From NCBI RefSeq assembly GCF_009914755.1, contig NC_060927.1: 64,000 bases of DNA; one strand, given 5' to 3'. Both the position numbers and the translations under genes were made by a program. The notes below the pieces were generated by a model. That model saw only the letters and a list, made by a program, of their open reading frames with translations. It had not been told where the DNA came from and made no database searches. Shown here piece by piece: positions 61,763-64,000 of this stretch. The first letter of the stretch is position 1; each line of letters opens with the position of its first letter. The stretch is from the human T2T-CHM13v2.0 reference genome, Homo sapiens.

Positions 61763-62949
61763 TGCCTAGGCTGGAAGGTAGTGGTGCAATCACAGCTTAC
61801 TGCAGCCTTTACCTCCTGGCTGAAGTGATCCTTCCACCTCAGCCTCCTGAGTAGCTGAGACTACAGGTGAGTACCTCTGTGCCCAGATAATTTTTTCTAT
61901 TTTTTGTAGAGATGGGGTTTTGCTATGTTGCCCAGGCTGGTCTCAAACTCCTGGGCTCAAGTGATCCTGCTCCCCTGGCCTCCCAAAGTGCTGGGATTAC
62001 AGGTGTGAGCCACAGTGCCTGGCTTAATAAGTTTTCATGATGTTAGTTCGTATCCTTTTATTTGAATGGAAAGAACTCCCAGTAGCATTTCCTATAAGGC
62101 AGGTATAGTGATGATGAATTCCCACAGCTTTTGTTTGTCTGGGAAAGTCTTTATCTATTCTTCATATTGGAAAAACAGTTTTGCCAGGTATATAGTATTC
62201 TTGGTTGGCAGTGTTTTCCTTTTTTCCTTTTAGCACTCTGAATATATCATTCCACACTCTCCTGGCCAGCAAAGTTTCTGTTGAAAAATCCACTGATAGT
62301 TTAATGGATGTTCTCTTGTATGTGGTCAGTCACTTTTCTCTTTCTGCTTTCAAAATTCTCTTGTTGTCTTTACTTTTCAGAATTTGATTATAATGTGTGC
62401 CAGTGAAGATCTCTTTATATTTAATGTTTGGGGTCCTTGGGCTTCATGGAAGTGGATGTTCATTTCTCTTTTCAAATTTGGGAAAATTTTGGTCATTATT
62501 TATTTAAATAAGCTTTCTCCCCTCTCTCTTCCTGTGCTACTTCTTATACTTCCACAATGCAAAAATTGGTTCACTTGATGTTGTCTCATAAGTCTCCCAG
62601 AATTTCTTCACTCTTTTTCTTTTTTTTCCCTCACTGACTGGGTAATTTCAAATGACCTGTCTTTGGGCTCACTGATTCTTTCTTTTGCTTGATTGAGTCT
62701 GCTGTGGAAGCTGGATATGGAGTTTTTCAGTTTAATCATTTTATTCTTCAAGTCCAGTATTTTCCTTTGGTTCTTTTTGTATGTTCTCTATATTTTGTGT
62801 TGAACTTCTAACTTTGTTCGTGCATTGTTTTTCTGATTTTGTTTAGCTGTCTATCTGTGTTCTCATATATTTCATTGAGCTACTTTAAGACAATTATTTT
62901 GAATTCTTTATCAGGCAGTTCATAAATCTTCTTTTTTTCTTTTTTTTGA

Positions 62950-63240
<291 letters not shown>

Positions 63241-64000
63241 TAATTTCTTTTCAGTTGGTTAATGGTGCTCTGTTTTGTTTCTTTGGTGACGCTGTGTTTT
63301 CCTGGTTATTCATGATCCTCGTGACTTTTCACTGGTGTCTGTGCATTTGAAAAAGTAAGTACCTCTTCCAGTCTATATAGACTGGCTTTAGCATGGAATA
63401 CCCTTCATCAGTTAGCCCATGCAGAGATTCTGAAACGGTCCTCTGGTGGGGTCCGTAGGTGAACTTGCTGCTGTTTTTTTCAGTGGCATGGCCTAGTGAC
63501 TAAGTTAGTGGGCAGATGTACTTGGCATTTGGGTTTGTGGAGGCCAGCCTGGTGCCTCCATTCATGGGTTGGGCCCATTGATTCTCCTAGGTCCATGGCA
63601 GCTGACCTCAGGCTGGTGTCCATTGGAGTGGACCTGATGACTGTGTTCCTGGACCATATGTCCACAGGGGCTGGACTGAAGCCCAGTTCCAAGGATGTTG
63701 ACCTGGCACTGAGGTGGGTCTTCAGTCTGAGTTGCAGGGATGGACTGGGTTGTGTGACCACCAGGGTTAGCCTGGCACTAGGATCCACTGGGTGGGCCTG
63801 GCACCTGTGTTCATGGGGACCAGCTTGAAGCCTGAGACCACAGCTGTGGGCCTGAAGCCTGGGTTTCCTGGGGCTGGTCCAGTGCCAAGGTCTACTGGGG
63901 TAGGCCTCTAGCCTGCGTGTGGGCACTGGCTTGGAGCCTCAGTCCATTGTAGACAGGCTGGAATCTGGGGCTATGGGGTTTGGTCTGGCTCTAGGGAAGC

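Overview
Human/primate genomic DNA, not prokaryotic, dominated by interspersed repeats. A CpG-island promoter (~12.0-13.0 kb) heads a minus-strand gene whose non-coding 5' exon ends at a CAG|GTAAAA donor at 12515. Positions 1-12.5 kb look like its 5' introns and hold a co-oriented HERV-W solo LTR17 and a candidate uORF-bearing 5'UTR exon. I could not name the gene. To the right are nested Alu/MaLR/ERV/L2/MIR repeats, a degenerate 8.2-kb HERV9 (LTR12) provirus at 44302-52526, and a minus-strand L1 patchwork (54-64 kb). The provirus is mosaic (second RNase H of apparent HERV-I/IP type, no integrase), has structurally unequal LTRs and has no matching TSD. No intact protein-coding ORF is evident; most ORF-track entries are Alu, L1 or ERV artefacts. 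Best leads: the mosaic provirus, a 21-nt duplicated splice acceptor bracketing it, possible relic exons of a plus-strand secreted-protein pseudogene, and several local templated duplications/inversions. Repeat subfamily names come from recalled consensus sequences and coordinates were read by eye.
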